From Mobula hypostoma (lineage: Eukaryota): DNA of 64,000 nucleotides. Below are positions 1 through 13,200 of this stretch, piece by piece. The translations under genes were made by a program, and so were the position numbers. The stretch lies in the NCBI RefSeq assembly GCF_963921235.1, contig NC_086108.1:89220001-89284000 (forward strand). Direction: 5' to 3'. Every line of letters starts with the position of its first letter. The first letter of the stretch is position 1. Below the pieces are notes generated by a model, which ran no database searches, was not told the origin of the DNA, and was given only the letters and a program-made list of their open reading frames with translations.

Positions 1-68
1 GCAGGGCAGGCAGCATCTATGAAAAGAGTAGTCAACATTTCGGGCCGAAACCCTTTGGCAGGACTGGA
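1..68 (-). mobile_element. Penelope-derived short terminal fragment with degenerate hammerhead
   Basis: Resembles the Penelope 3' ends at 23115-23210 and 44466-44570. The reverse complement agtcctgccaaagggtttcggcccgaaatgttgact is a mutated version of the minimal hammerhead. Confidence 0.55.
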
Positions 69-1512
69 GATCACATTAGTGTAATTAGGCAATGCAGGCT
101 CGTTGGGCCAGAAAGGCCTGTTATCTTGCTGTATATCTATTTAAATAAATTTACCTTTTCTATACAGATTACAGTCTTCATTGAAAGGTCACCCTTTGAC
201 CTACCATGGTTGGCATGGACACACCGGGCTGTATTACTCTGGGACTCTAAATGATCCACTGGAGATCCAAGATATAAGAGTGGTGAATCATTGCCACAGG
301 TCGCTGCGGCAGCCAAGTCTTTACATATATTTACTGCAGAGGTCAATGGATTCTTGATTAGTCAGGGCATGAAGTAATTATGGGGGATTGGAGCTCAGCG
401 GGAATATGGATCAGCCAGCGATGATGAAATGGTGGAGCAGACTCGATTGGCCAAATGGCTTAATTCTGCGCCTATATCTCATGGTCTAACTGGTCTTATG
501 TTTCTGGTGTAAAGGGACCAGGTATCAAGTGTATCTGACCACCAATTTCAGTACCTGAAACCTGCTTTGAACTTATTACTGAATCCAAGTGCCCAGCGAG
601 AACCTCAGTATATTCTGTATTTATGTACAATGTATAAATGTGGGGTTAAGATTATGATCTAGCTGGCGTCCCCAGACTACACCCCTCCTTCAAACAGCTA
701 CGTCAATGAAACCCAGCTCACTGTTTCCAGCATTATTTCTCTGACTTTGATGATAAGGTCTGATAAAAACAAATCACCACAGAGCTATACACAGTTAACT
801 ATATTGCTTTAACACTTCAATACTTTGTCCAAACTCAGTTCAACTTTAATCTATTAATTAATTAAATACAAACCACAATGAAGCAGCTATCTATTAATGC
901 TCTCCTCCCTTCCTGATATGCTTATTGAGTAATTTATTTCTCTATCAGCCTCTCAAGTGAAATCCATGAAACTACTGTTTGTGCTCAGCATGTCGTTTAT
1001 TCCTGAGCCAACCTGTTCTCATGACTGGTGCTAAATAGTCCTGGCATGGCCCTGTTTCTCAGAAGGTACGGATAACTTCTACAGGGAATTGATTTCAAAG
1101 TTAACTCTTTACTGCAACAGATGATAGATGCTAACCCTTCTGAAGGTAAGGTGATTTTTTTTGTTCCAGATAAATACATGTATATTTATGTTACAGCCGA
1201 TGCCTAGAAATTGGATTACACGTTTTAAATCACAAGGATACAGAAGTATTCCTGAATGTAGTGCTACTGGAAAGCTGGGACCCCCTCAGAAATGCCAGAA
1301 AGCAAATTAGCTAGAAACAAATGTGCAGCAGAGTTAGATTGTTTTGTGCTAACATGCTGTATAAAATTATGAGAAGCAAAGCTAAGCTGGATGGTCGTAG
1401 TCTCTTTCCTAGGGTAGGGGAGTCTAAAACTAGAAGACATAGCTGTAAGTAAGAGACAAATCATTTAAAAATACCCAGGGGCCAACCTTTTAACACTGTA
1501 TGTGGTGGACAT

Positions 1513-4360
1513 TTAGAACATAGAACTTAGAACAGTACAGTACAGGGACAGACCATTTGGCCAACAATTTTGTGCTGTACCAGCTAGGAAGCAAATCAGA
1601 GATACCTAAATTCTAATCCCTCGTACCTACACAATGTTCATATCCCTCCATTGTACTTACGTCTATGTGTCTGCCCAAACGTCTCTTAAAAGCCTCGAGT
1701 GGATTTGCCTCTTCCACCATAAATGGCAGCGCATTCCACACATTCACCATTCTGAGTAAAAAACTTAGCCCTCACGTCTCTTTGAACCTACCCCCTTCAC
1801 CTTCAATGCATGCCCTCTGGTATTAGACATTTCAACCCGGGGAAACAGATACTCCCGTCTGCTCTATTCATGCCTCTCATAATTTTATAAACCTCTATTA
1901 AATATCCACTCAGCCTCCTGTGCTCCAGAGAAAGCCCAGTCTTTCATGATAGCACATGCCCTCTAAACCAGGAAGCATCCTGGTGATTCTCATCTGCACC
2001 CTCTCCAAAGCCTCAGCACCCTTCTTATAGTGGGGTGACCGGAACTGTGTGCAATACTCCAGAAGTGGCCGAACTATAGTATTATAAATTTGCAATATAA
2101 CCTCCTGACTTTTGGACTCAATGCCTCGACAAATAAAAGCAAGCATTCCATAAGCCTTATTCAACTTATTGACCTGTGTAGCCACTTTCAAGGAGCTATG
2201 AATTTGGATCCCAAGATCCCTCTGTTCAGCAACAGTGTTAAGGATCTTGCCTTTAACAGTGCACTGTCTCCTTGTATTTTCCCTACCAAGGTGTAGCACC
2301 TCATATTTTTGTGGGTTAAGTTCCATCTACCATTTCTCTGCCCATATCTGCAACTGATCTATATCGTGCTGTATTCTTTGCCAGTCTTCTACACTAGCCA
2401 CAACTCCACCAATCTTGATGTAATCTGCAAACTTACTAACCTACCCTTCTACATTTTCTTCCAAACATCACAAACAACAGAAGTCCCAGCACAGATCCCT
2501 GTGAACACCACTAATTACAGACCTCCTGCTCAAATAAGTCCCTTCAACCTCTACCCTCTGTCTTCTATCCAGAAGCCAGTTCTGAATTTAAGCAAATAAT
2601 TTTCCATGGACCCCATGCATCTTAATCTTGTGGATCAGCCTCCTGTGAGGGACTTTGTTGAACACCCTACTAAGATCCATGTAGACAATAGCCGTTGCCC
2701 TACTCTCATCAATCTCTCTCATCACCTTGTCAAAAAATTCAATCAAGTTTCTAAGAGACAACCTACCCCTCACAAAGCCATGCTGGCTCTCCTTAATTAG
2801 GCCATGAGTTTCCAAATGCTCATATACCCTATCCATAAATTTTTTCTCCAGCAGTTTCCCTACAACTGATATGAGACTCACTGGTCTATTGTTCCCACAA
2901 TTTTGTCTTGTTTTCTTCCTAAATAGGTGTACAACATTAGCCACTTGCCAGTCCTCCAGGACCTCACCTGTGGCTAAGAATCACACAAATATACTGGTCA
3001 AGGGCTCAGTAAATTCATCTCCTGCCTCCTTCAATAACTTGGGGACTTATCCACCATAACACTCAATAGGAGGCTCAACACTTCCTCCTCCTTGACCTCA
3101 AAATTCCTCAGCATACTTATACCCTCAGCACAGCTCTAATGGTCCTCCATATCGATTTCCTTGCTAAATACTGGTGCAAAGTACTCATTAAGTACCTCAC
3201 TCACATCCTCCACATCCTAGCGAATGATCACCCTTTATCTTGAGTGGTCCCACCCTTTCCCTAGTTATCCTTTTGTTCACAATATATGTATGCAGTGCCT
3301 TGGGATTCACCTTAATCCTTGCTGAGGACTTTTCATGATCCCTCATGGGTTTCCTAATATCCTTCTTTAGTTTTTTTCTGGTTTTCTTATAGTCCTCCTG
3401 TACTTCGTTTGATCCCAAAATCTGAAGATTTATATACGTTTCCTTTTTCTTCTTGACTAAACTCATTACCTTTCTGGACATCTAAGGTTCTCTTATCTTC
3501 CCATCCCTGTCCTTCCTTCCCTCAGGAACACAGTTTTCCTGTACACTGTGCAATTGATCTTTAAACACCCTCCACATGTCTGATATGGATTTGCCTGAGA
3601 AATGTGTTCCCAATTAAGTCTTTTTTGTTTTTGCCTAATGCCCTCGTAATTTTTCCTACTCCACTTTAAAACTCTCCCACAAGGACCATACCTATTGTTA
3701 TCTATAGCTATCCTGAAAGTTAAGAGTTGTGGTCACTGTTCCATAAATGTTCACCCACTGAAATGTCAGTCACCTGGCCAAGCTCATTACCGAACACCAG
3801 GTCCAGCACAGCCCTTCCTCTCATTGGACCATCCACATATCGATTTCAGAAGCCTTCCTAGATACACTTAATAGATTCTGCTCCGTCTAAACCCCTTGAA
3901 CTAAGAAGGTTCCAAATTATATTAGAGAAGTTGAAATCCCCATGGCAACAACCCTATTACTCTCACACATTTCCTTAACCTGATTGGATATCTGCTCCTC
4001 AAAGTCTTGGTGGCTGCAGGGGTTTCTGAAGTACAAACCGGTCAGACTGATTGCACTCTTCCTATTCCAGAGCTGGACTTCAGTGGGCTCAGCATCTGAC
4101 CCCTCCGTTATGTCTCCCCTGAGTGCGGGTGGCTGTGATATTGTCCCTGATTACTCCACCCTCCACCCCACCGTTTACCTCCTCTATCTTTTCGAAAACG
4201 TCAAAAACTCGATACATTAATCAGCCTTTCCTGCCCCTCTCTCAACCAAGTTTTGGTAATGGCTGCAACATCATTAATTCCATGTACTGATCCACGCTCT
4301 AAGTTTGTTATCCTTACCCATAATACTCCTTGCATTAAAATGTACACATTAAAATTATCC
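1513..4360 (-). mobile_element. Degraded CR1 LINE (ORF2 fragments)
   Basis: Fragmented ORFs 1910-2326, 2588-2944 and 3197-3481 have CR1 RT motifs (RPVSLISVVGKLLE, QHGFVRGR, LEYCTQF..P). A ttcta(a/t)g-type 3' tail lies at ~1513-1530. Boundaries are approximate. Confidence 0.85.
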
Positions 4361-4974
4361 AACCATCATATCTGTTACTTTGATTTTGCTTTTTGATACT
4401 TTACCTTCCAGTCTGATCCCTTACTGACCTGGAACAAAGTGCCAGAGGAAGTGATAGAGGGAGGTGCAAATATAATGTTTAAAAGATGTTTGGACAGGTG
4501 CATGGAAAGGAAAGTTTTACAGCAGGGGTTTCTAACCTGGGGTCCATGGACCCCTTCTTACTAGTATTGGTGAGTGGCATAAAAAAGTTGGAGACACCTG
4601 GTTTTGAGTGATATGGGGCAATGCAGACAAATTGAACTTGCTCAGACAGACATCTTGGTCAGCATGCATGAGCTGTTTTGAAAAGCTTGCTTCTTTGTCA
4701 TGAATAGCTCGGAGACTGCACGATTAAGTAATTGGGTCAGGATTCATTAATTAAGGTGAACAGTTGGTGTAGGTAGAGCTACAAAACAAGATGCGGGCAA
4801 AGTTTATGCAGTGTCTGCGCCCTCCCAGCTGATTATTAGTACGTAGTGAAAATGGTAATGAAGGGACTGTTTACCGAAGTACCTGTTATCACTGGGGTTA
4901 GTGTTTTGCTGGCTACTTATGAGATATCATTCTCTATAAGTGAGATATTACCCTCCTAAATTAGCCTGATGCAA

Positions 4975-5105
4975 AATAAAAACAAACTGCAGGAGAAACA
5001 ATGGGTCAGACAGCATCTCGGGAGGGAATGGACAGTTACCCTTCACCTGGCTGGGTTCCTCCAGCAGTTTGTCTTTTGGTCTGGTTTCCAGCATCTACAG
5101 ATTCT
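4975..5105. repeat. Degenerate fold-back Penelope-derived short repeat
   Basis: aaactgcaggagaaac...cagcatc is followed by the complementary gttcctccagcagttt...ccagcatctacaga. Same family and architecture as 9235-9420. Confidence 0.4.
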
Positions 5106-5817
5106 TGCACGGCTGTGAAGCTAGGCTGATATTGGACGGTGAATCCTCAACAGCATGCAGCTCACCCTTTTCTCCCTGATTCCCTTCAGGACTTGACTCT
5201 GGGCCTCTGGTATTGGGTAACCTCGCTTTCTCCTTCAGCTTTAGCTGCAGCTTGCAAGGAAGGGCAGTGGGCAGTATGCTATGGTGAAGACAATGAACCT
5301 GCTCGGTCATGTAACACAGGGACTCCCTGGACTAATAAATGCAACAGGACCTCATCTTGAGAAGATCAATGAAGTTCTCTACTACTATCCTGATATCTTT
5401 TGGCTTTTGTCATAGCTTCACTCAGCTGGTATAGATGCAGCACAAACTGTTGTGTGTAGACATGGGATTAGAGAGTTGCCTTGATGCCAAGGGTCCATTC
5501 TCCAGGCAGTATTGCCTCTGAAAATGTTCTGAAGATGTGAAAAGCAGCAAACAAAAATATGGCATGGATCTGCTGGTACCAGTTGGATGATCCAATGGCT
5601 AGAAAGTTGAGAGCCATTTTGATCTACACGAAGTGAATAATCTGAATAATCAAGGGCATAGCTGAGATTGTCCCATAAAATGTCTCACATCTCCCTTTTT
5701 ACTGCCTTGTGAAAACTTTAGCTTGAGAATACATTGCTCAGGTTCAGGGACAAACTGTTTCTTGCATCCTGCCCTAAGTGCCCCTTTCTGAATGTCCTGG
5801 CATGCTTTTACCCAAAT

Positions 5818-7071
5818 ATTCTTAGAGATAAGATCTATAGGCATTTGGAGAATCATGGTCTGATCAGGGACAGTCAGCATGGCTTTGTGAAGGGCAGATC
5901 GTGTCTAACAAGCCTGATAGAGTTCTTTGAGGAGGTGACCAGGCATATAGATGAGGGTAGTGCAGTGGATGTGACCTACATGGATTTTAGTAAGGCATTT
6001 GACAAGGTTCCACACAGTAGGCTTATTCAGAAAGTTAGAAGGCACGGGATCCAGGGAAGTTTGGCCAGGTGGATTCAGAATTGGCTTGCCTGCAGAAGGC
6101 AGAGGGTGGTGGTGGAGGGAGTACATTCAGATTGGAGGATTGTGACTAGTGGTGTCCCACAAGGATCTGCTCTGGGACCTCTACTTTTCGTGATTTTTAT
6201 TAACGACCTGGATGTGGGCGTAGAAGGGTGGGTTGGCAAGTTTGCAGACGACACAAAGGTTGGTGGTGTTGTAGATGGTGTAGAGGATTGTCAAAGATTG
6301 CAGAGAGACATTAATAGGATGCAGAAGTGGGCTGAGAAGTGGCAGATGGAGTTCAACCCGGAGAAGTGTGAGGTGGTACACTTTGGAAGGACAAACTCCA
6401 AGGCAGAGTACAAAGTAAGTGGCAGGATACTTGGCAGTGTGGAGGAGCAGAGGGATCTCGGGGTACATGTCCACAGATCCCTGAAAGTTGCCTCACAGGT
6501 GGATAGGGTAGTTAAGAAAGCTTATGGGGTGTTAACTTTCATAAGTCGAGATATAGAGTTTAAAAGTCGCGATGTAATGATGCAGCTCTATAAAACTCTG
6601 GTTAGGCCACACTTGGAGTACTGTGTCCAGTTCTGGTCACCTCACTATAGGAAGGATGTGGAAGCATTGGAAAGGGTACAGAGGAGATTTACCAGGATGC
6701 TGCTTGGTTTAGAAAGTATGGATTATGATCAGAGATTAAGGGAGCTAGGGCTTTACTCTTTGGAGAGAAGGAGGATGAGAGGAGACATGATAGAGGTGCA
6801 CAAGATAATAAGAGGAATAGATAGAGTGGATAGCCAGTGCCTCTTCCCCAGGGCACCACTGCTCAATACAAGAGGACATGGCTTTAAGGTAAGGGGTGAG
6901 AAGTTCAAGGGGGATATTAGAGGAAGGTTTTTTACTCAGAGAGTGGTTGGTGCGTGGAAGGCACTGCCTGAGTCAGTGGTGGAGGCAGATACACTAGTGA
7001 AGTTTAAGAGACTACTAGACAGGTATATGGAGGAATCTAAGATAGGGGCTTATATGGGAGGCAGGGTTTGA
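5818..7071 (+). CDS. CR1 ORF2 reverse transcriptase, C-terminal part (5'-truncated)
   Basis: ORF 5734-7071. Residues from ILRDKIY onward are CR1 RT with the FADD motif. The first ~28 codons are flanking DNA. Confidence 0.8.
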   Translation: MLRDKIYRHLENHGLIRDSQHGFVKGRSCLTSLIEFFEEVTRHIDEGSAVDVTYMDFSKAFDKVPHSRLIQKVRRHGIQGSLARWIQNWLACRRQRVVVEGVHSDWRIVTSGVPQGSALGPLLFVIFINDLDVGVEGWVGKFADDTKVGGVVDGVEDCQRLQRDINRMQKWAEKWQMEFNPEKCEVVHFGRTNSKAEYKVSGRILGSVEEQRDLGVHVHRSLKVASQVDRVVKKAYGVLTFISRDIEFKSRDVMMQLYKTLVRPHLEYCVQFWSPHYRKDVEALERVQRRFTRMLLGLESMDYDQRLRELGLYSLERRRMRGDMIEVHKIIRGIDRVDSQCLFPRAPLLNTRGHGFKVRGEKFKGDIRGRFFTQRVVGAWKALPESVVEADTLVKFKRLLDRYMEESKIGAYMGGRV

Positions 7072-7141
7072 GGGTTGGCACAACATTGTGGGCCAAAGGG
7101 CCTGTACTGTGCTGTACTATTCTATGTTCTATGTTCTATGT
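5818..7141 (+). mobile_element. Young 5'-truncated CR1 LINE
   Basis: Open RT frame to 7071 (QHGF, YMDFSKAFD, GVPQGS, FADD), CR1 3' UTR and (ttctatg)n tail. aaatat on both sides is a candidate TSD. Confidence 0.92.
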
Positions 7142-7384
7142 AAATATCTAATGGTATGATCTTGCCAGTGATGTTGTCATTGAGGTACCATAGAATGAGA
7201 GGCTCAGCACCTAATGACCGAAACCCCTCTCTGTAAGGTTAGGTACACTCTGTGGACTCTGGAGGTTGCACAGCGTTTTGAAACTGCTTGGTCAGCAGAA
7301 TGTCCTTTTAAGTTGGAAATATAATGTGAACATTTCACACTGTACTCCCAATTCTCCTGAGCGGGTTTCATGACAGTTCTTGCT

Positions 7385-7597
7385 TATTTATTTATTTATT
7401 TATTGGCGTACAATGTGGAGCCGGCCCTTCTGGCCCTTTGAGCTGCACTCTCCAGCAATCCTCCAATTTAATCCTAGCCTAATCACGGGACAGTCTTAGG
7501 GAGAACATACATGCTCTTACAGGCACCGGCAGAGATTGAACTCAGCTCACTCGCACTGGAAAGCGATGTGCTAACCATTATGCTGTCGTGCCGCCAC
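7385..7597 (-). mobile_element. tRNA-derived SINE with CR1-like tail
   Basis: The minus strand has A-box-like cagcataatggttagc and B-box-like gagttcaatctc, and ends in (aaat)n. Confidence 0.6.
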
Positions 7598-8124
7598 TTG
7601 TCTGAAGCTTTCGGCTCCAGTTTACGTTGATGCTGCTCAAACAAGCTTTCTGTGATGCCTGGGATCATTAGGTTTGGAAAATGGCAGGCATGGGAGCATG
7701 ATTCAAATCTGGAAGTGCCTCATCCAATTTTGAGGAGTGATTAGTGTAATTTCAACAGGAAATAATAACAAATTCAATTTATTTCTGAATAAAATTGATA
7801 TGGCTTTGCGCCGAAAACCCTCCAGCACAACTTAATCTAAATTCTTGATCCAGGCTTTTTGTCCCTCATCAAGTATGATGATAACCAAAATTAAAAACCC
7901 AGTAATACGTTGTATGTTTTTTTTAAAAAAAGATACTAACCAATCTCAATTGGTTTCAATAAATTATATTTAGAACATAGAAGAGCTCTGAGTTGTTGTT
8001 AATGGTTCTCTTTCAGTTTTAAAACATTGCACTAAATTTCCAGGACTAGTGGAAAGTGTAAACTGATAATTGTAAATTGAGAGACCAGTTATATTTGATC
8101 AACAGTGAATACTGTTATCTGTTT

Positions 8125-8350
8125 ATCTGTGGAATTCTCTGCCCAATGAAGCAATGGAGGCTACCTCTGTAAATATATATAAGACAAGGTTGGATAGATT
8201 TTTGCACAGTAAGGGAATTAAGGGTTATGGGGAAAAGGCCGGTAGGTGGAGATGAGTCCATAGCCAGGTCAGCCATGATCTTATTGGATAGCGGAGCAGT
8301 CTCAATGGACCAGAGGCCTACTCCTGCTCCTATTTATTATGTTCTTATGT
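8125..8350 (+). mobile_element. CR1 3' fragment
   Basis: atctgtggaattctctgccc...ctactcctgctcctatttattatgttcttatg resembles the CR1 3' end at 53540-53773. Confidence 0.7.
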
Positions 8351-8778
8351 AATGGCAATCACAAGGCTCTGTTTAGTCAAGCTGACTAAGAAGAGCACAA
8401 TTGCTTCATTGTTATACCTTTCTCAGACTTACGCAGATGATGGAATTTATCGGGGATGGATCCATGACTTCCATTTCACATCTGTGGCATTGTTTAATCA
8501 TTTTAGTGGCCATACGGCAAGGCAAAACATCTCTTCTAGTGAAGACACCCCTCAATCTGGATTACAAATAGAATGAGGCTTGTAGTTGTGATGATGATTC
8601 AATTTTACATTTTGGATTGGGCATTGAAGGCATTCCGTTTCAATGTAAATACTGAGCTGGGATTTCAAGATTCCAGAGTGAATTTGTAAATGAGAATCGC
8701 ACCATTTCTGATTGTTGGAAGAGCAACAAGGGGATGCATTTAGAATAGAAAGATTTGTTTAGACCTCATGTGCAGAAA

Positions 8779-9545
8779 GGGTTCCTTAGGTTGTCATAAC
8801 TGAGGGAGGTAGTGGGGATAAGCGGTGTGAGTCTCACAGCTCCTCTGACAACAAGTCCAGCTCCTGGCCTTCACTCGTGGCTTAGCTACTGAGCCTGGTA
8901 GAACCATTTCTACTGACAGGAAAAGGGGCAAAGGCAGGTTACTGGCCTTAAAACCAGTCACTTTGGACAGAGGAGGCTTGTCAGTTTTGGTTATCAGCTC
9001 GTCTAGGAAAGGAAAACTCAGATCTTAAACCTCTGCTGTCTTTTGGCTATACCCACTCTTAGGGAAGGCTTTTGGAGTATACTCTGAGGAAAACACCAGA
9101 GCTGGAATCCCTACGGCTGTCCTATGTTGAGTTCAATGCTGACTGGCAACTCCTACAATGCCACTGATGCCAAACTGCATCACTTTCTACTGTCCCTTTG
9201 GATTCATCAGATGCGTGGAGAGGGGAATCGTAACCACAAAATACTCTGCAGATGCTGGGGTCAAAGCAACACGCACAACACGCTGGAGGAACTCAGCAGG
9301 TCGGGCAGCACCTGTGGAAATGAACAGTCAACGTTTGGGTCTCGGCCCAAAATGTTGACTATTCGTTTCCATGGATGCTGCCCAAACTGCTGAGTTCCTC
9401 CAGCGTGTTGTGCGTGTTGTGTGAAGAGGAGAGCCTGCTGCATGGGCAACAGTTTGCTCTCCATATCCTAATGCCCTGGCTTGCGTTTCATGTAAACAGC
9501 AGGGGTACAGCAGCATGGTCGACCCAACCAATGGAGAGCCTCAAG
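8779..9545 (+). mobile_element. Non-coding RTE-type short retroposon, family B, copy 1 (interrupted by Penelope fold-back)
   Basis: Colinear similarity to 51429-51940 over ~500 bp, with no ORF. The RTE affiliation is inferred. Confidence 0.7.
9235..9420. mobile_element. Fold-back (inverted pair) Penelope-derived short insertion
   Basis: Arms caacacgcacaacacgctggaggaactcagcag / ctgctgagttcctccagcgtgttgtgcgtgttg. Absent from the paralogous copy near 51820. Degenerate duplication gtggagagggga / gtgaagaggaga. Confidence 0.75.
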
Positions 9546-9902
9546 TTGTGTAGAACTAGGTCACTCCAAAGGACCCCAAGCACTCACTTAAACTTTTACA
9601 AAGAGTTTTGTATGAAGCTTGAGGACCTGTTGAATCTGTTGGAGGAATGTCTCTGTTCAGTGCTGCATCACAAATTCACGGTATATGTTGCTTTGACATT
9701 GGCAGGGAAAGAGACTCCAATTTCCTCACTATGCAACTTCTATCTTGGGGTCACCAGCAAATTGCATTAAGATCAGTCAACCGATTGTGTAATCATCTCT
9801 TTGATCAGTCTTTCAAAGGCTCATGACATGATTCAGAGTCACTGGATTGTCCAGCATTATTGGACCAAATGATGTTCATGCAGTGTTGTTATTCCTAGTT
9901 GT

Positions 9903-10243
9903 AGAATACACCTTCTGGTGCTAATTGGACATGTCTTCAGTGATGAACCCAGGGTCATAGGGGGTTTCGGGCCTTTAGTCATCAGATAACCTCGACCGGG
10001 TGACCCAGCCGGAGGTGATCAGCCCCTGACTTGTGTCATAGTCGCACACTAATCTACGAATACCCCCTCCGGATCCACAGCCACCGCGAGGCCTTTTCAG
10101 CAGCCTCCAGAATGTTCTGGTGGCTGTTCTATACTGCAGTTCTTTAACTCCAAGGAGATTTAGAGTCCGCTGTAATGAATGGCCCGCAAAGCCCCGGCAC
10201 CCAACTTCGACTGGCTCACAGCGAGCTCTCCAGCCATTGCTCC
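9903..10243 (-). repeat. Hero 3'-terminal repeat unit (downstream copy)
   Basis: Aligns end-to-end with 13509-13848 at roughly 90% identity by eye. Confidence 0.9.
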
Positions 10244-13200
10244 ATCATTCTGCAACAAGATCTGTGCATCTCGCCCTCTTGTGCTCGTTGGCCTCTTCAA
10301 TCCGGTCTTCCCAGGGGACAGTAAGTTCCAGCAGGACCACTTGCTTTGTAAACTCCGATATTAACACCATGTCCGGGCGGAGCGGAGTGGCTGCGATGTT
10401 CTCTGGAAACTCGAGCTGCCTCCCTAGGTCTGCTTGGAGCTACCAGTCTCGTGCAGTGGAAGCAGCCCTCCCAAGGAGACAGGCCGATGTTAAGCCTTCT
10501 CCCCCGCTCTAATAAAGGTGATGGACTGTTTGGGAGCGTGCTGATTTTTGCTGTCTTGAATCGCTGTGCTGATTGCATCCGCCATAGACCTTAGGCCTCG
10601 GTCATGGCGCCAGCGGTATCGGCAGCAACTTAGGATATGCTCCAAGGTGCCCCTCTTCTGGCACAGTTGGCATGCTGGAGTGTTTGCCATGCCCCACCTG
10701 TGCAGGTTGGCCGGGTTTGGGAGAACATCATAGACTGATTGGATAAGAAACTTGATGCGCATTGGTTCAGCTCTCCAGAGCTCTGTCCGGGTGAGCTTGC
10801 GAGGTTCCGCATGCTCCCATCTAGTCCAGGCGCCTTGTTTGTACATGCCGGCCATCTTGCTGTATCGTTCTTCCTCCACTTCCGCTCGTATCTCATCCTG
10901 AACCAGTTGATACTTCTCCTTTCCACGGGTTTTGTCGTAGCGTGGTTTGGGAAAACAGCCCAGTCTTTCCCGCCCCACCGCCACAGTGGCCACCAAAATG
11001 TTGAGCCGCAGCCGTACCTCCGCTCTGTCGACAGCTTCCTGTGCCTGCCACTTCCTTCCGGTCTTTACGCGGATTCCTGCTGAAGCGACTTTAACATCAG
11101 AGGAGTCTCGGTACATCATAACCTCCCTGGCTCGAGTGACTTTGAACTCCTCTGATAGGCCGCTGGCGGGGAGCTGCAGCTTGGTGGAACACCCATACAG
11201 GACAATGCAGCTTGAGGTCCGGGGGAGACCCAGCCACCTCCGGAGAAACTGACTGATGGTCTTCTCCAGAGCCTCCACTGTTGACATTGGCACCTTGTAG
11301 ATTAGAAGGGGCCAGAGTAGCCTTGGCAGGACTCCGTGTTGGTACATCCAGGCTTTGAAATTTCCTGGAAGCCCCAATTTGTCAGTCATGGTGAACCAAG
11401 TTATCGAGTCACTCCTGGTTTGTTGAAGTGCGGCTGTGTCCTTCAGGGAACTGTCAAAGATCTTGCCCAGGCTCTTGACTGGTTTTCCTGTCACTGTTGG
11501 AATCTGGATCCCTCCCAGGGTAAAGCAGAACTGGTCGGCCACTCTTCCCTTCTTCAGGACCAGAGACCTGGACTTGGCTAGATTAAAGCTCATCCTTGCC
11601 CATGAGATGAGTCATTCCAGCCCATGAAGGAGCCATCTGCACCCAGAGACGGATGTTGCCATCACCGTCAGGTCGTCCATGAATGCTCTTATGGGGGCTG
11701 CCGAGTACCAGATCTAGACGTGGAGCCTCTACATCCCACCTCCGCTGACTTGACAATCAGGTTCATGGCCAATCAGAAGAGTGGCACCGAGATTGTGCAG
11801 CCAGTGATTGTGCCCTTCTCCAGCCGATGCCAGGCGGATGTTACTGACCCTGAGGACGCTCTCAACCTGAAGTCGCTGTAATAATCCAGAATGAGGTTTC
11901 AGATCATCTCTGGAACGTGGTGTCTTGTCAGTGCTGTTTCAACGAGTTTGTGTGGGATGGATCCATAGGCATTGGTTAGGCCTAACCAGAGTGCTGCAAG
12001 GTCTCCTTTTGCCTCCCGGATCAGCTGGACCACCACTCCTGTGTGCTCTAGGCATCCGGGTACTCCTGGGACTCCCCCCTTCTGTACTGAGGTGTCTATG
12101 TGTCCATTCTTCAAGAGGAACTCAGTTAAACGATGGACCACAATCTTGAAGATCTTCCCTTCAACGCTGAGCAGCAAGATAATATGAAACTGCTCGATGT
12201 TGCTTGAATCCTCCTCTTTTGGTATCCAGACACCCTCCCCATGCCTCCACTGAGCAGCGACCTTTCCTCTCTGGCAGATCAACTTTAAGATCTTCTAGAG
12301 TCACACAAGAAGCCTTGGGCACTGCTTGTAGACTTTGTAAGGCACTCCACTGGGGCTAGGGGTGGAACTTGCTCTTGCTGCTTTGACTGCTTCTTTGACC
12401 TCCTTCAGGGTGGGTTCAGAAATGTCGAATTGGGTCACCGGTTCTGGAGGTATCACCAGTGCCTCACATGGGCCGAGGTCCTGCTTTCTTGAGGTGGCAC
12501 TGAAAGTGATACTGAGATGGTGGTTTATCTCCTCTACAAAACAAGTGAGGTGGCCATTTCGCTTCTGTCCTAGTATCCTCTTGGTGAAGCCGAAGGGATT
12601 GGTAATGAAAGCGCTGTGCTTTGGGCCCTCTCCTTGCCCTTCCTTCGGTGCCACTCAGCCCACCTGAGTGTGATGAGCCTCCTCCTCATGATATCTGTGA
12701 GGTCTGACAGGCCAGTCTTCTCCTCCTCCTTGGCCAACTTAAATTGGTACTTCAGAGATTTGAGGTCTTGTCTCAGCTGGCTGATCTTCAGTTCCTGCCG
12801 GTTTGGTCTCGCTGGATTACTTGTTCCATGCTTTTCCTTGACGCCAAACCATTCTGAGCCTATGCTCATTATGAGGGTGCACATAGTCCAGAGCCTCTGG
12901 TCAGCATTGACCTTCGATATCACCTCCAGAATTTTGTCTACGTCCTTATCCATCTGGAGCCACTCCTTCTTGTTAGTGGCAGGCCACTTCGCCTGACGCT
13001 GTTCTGACTTTCTGCTCACTGGGAAGACTTGTGTTGCTTGGAGGTTCCGGGCACTGTTGGGTGACTCCGACTGGGCTCCTCCTCTGTCTGACCAGGTTCT
13101 GTAGTCAGCACCACAGAGCTTGTAGTACTAGCTACTGCTCCTGTGCGTTGTTTCACTCGTTTCCTCCTCGAGCAGGCCATCTTTGTCTGGTGGATCTTCA

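Noticed and set aside
5110..5815. Possible decayed coding sequence or exon, continuing at ~7142-7380
   Set aside because: Coding-like composition, but no recognisable motif or splice-consistent frame; probably an old unclassified repeat.
5734..7071. 445-aa ORF as a host gene or domesticated RT
   Set aside because: It starts at a TTG in flanking DNA and reads into a 5'-truncated CR1. A near-identical copy lies at 38210-38974.
8795..8850. Twister-like motif (taac...ggggataagc)
   Set aside because: The two pseudoknots and P2/P4 pairing could not be built.
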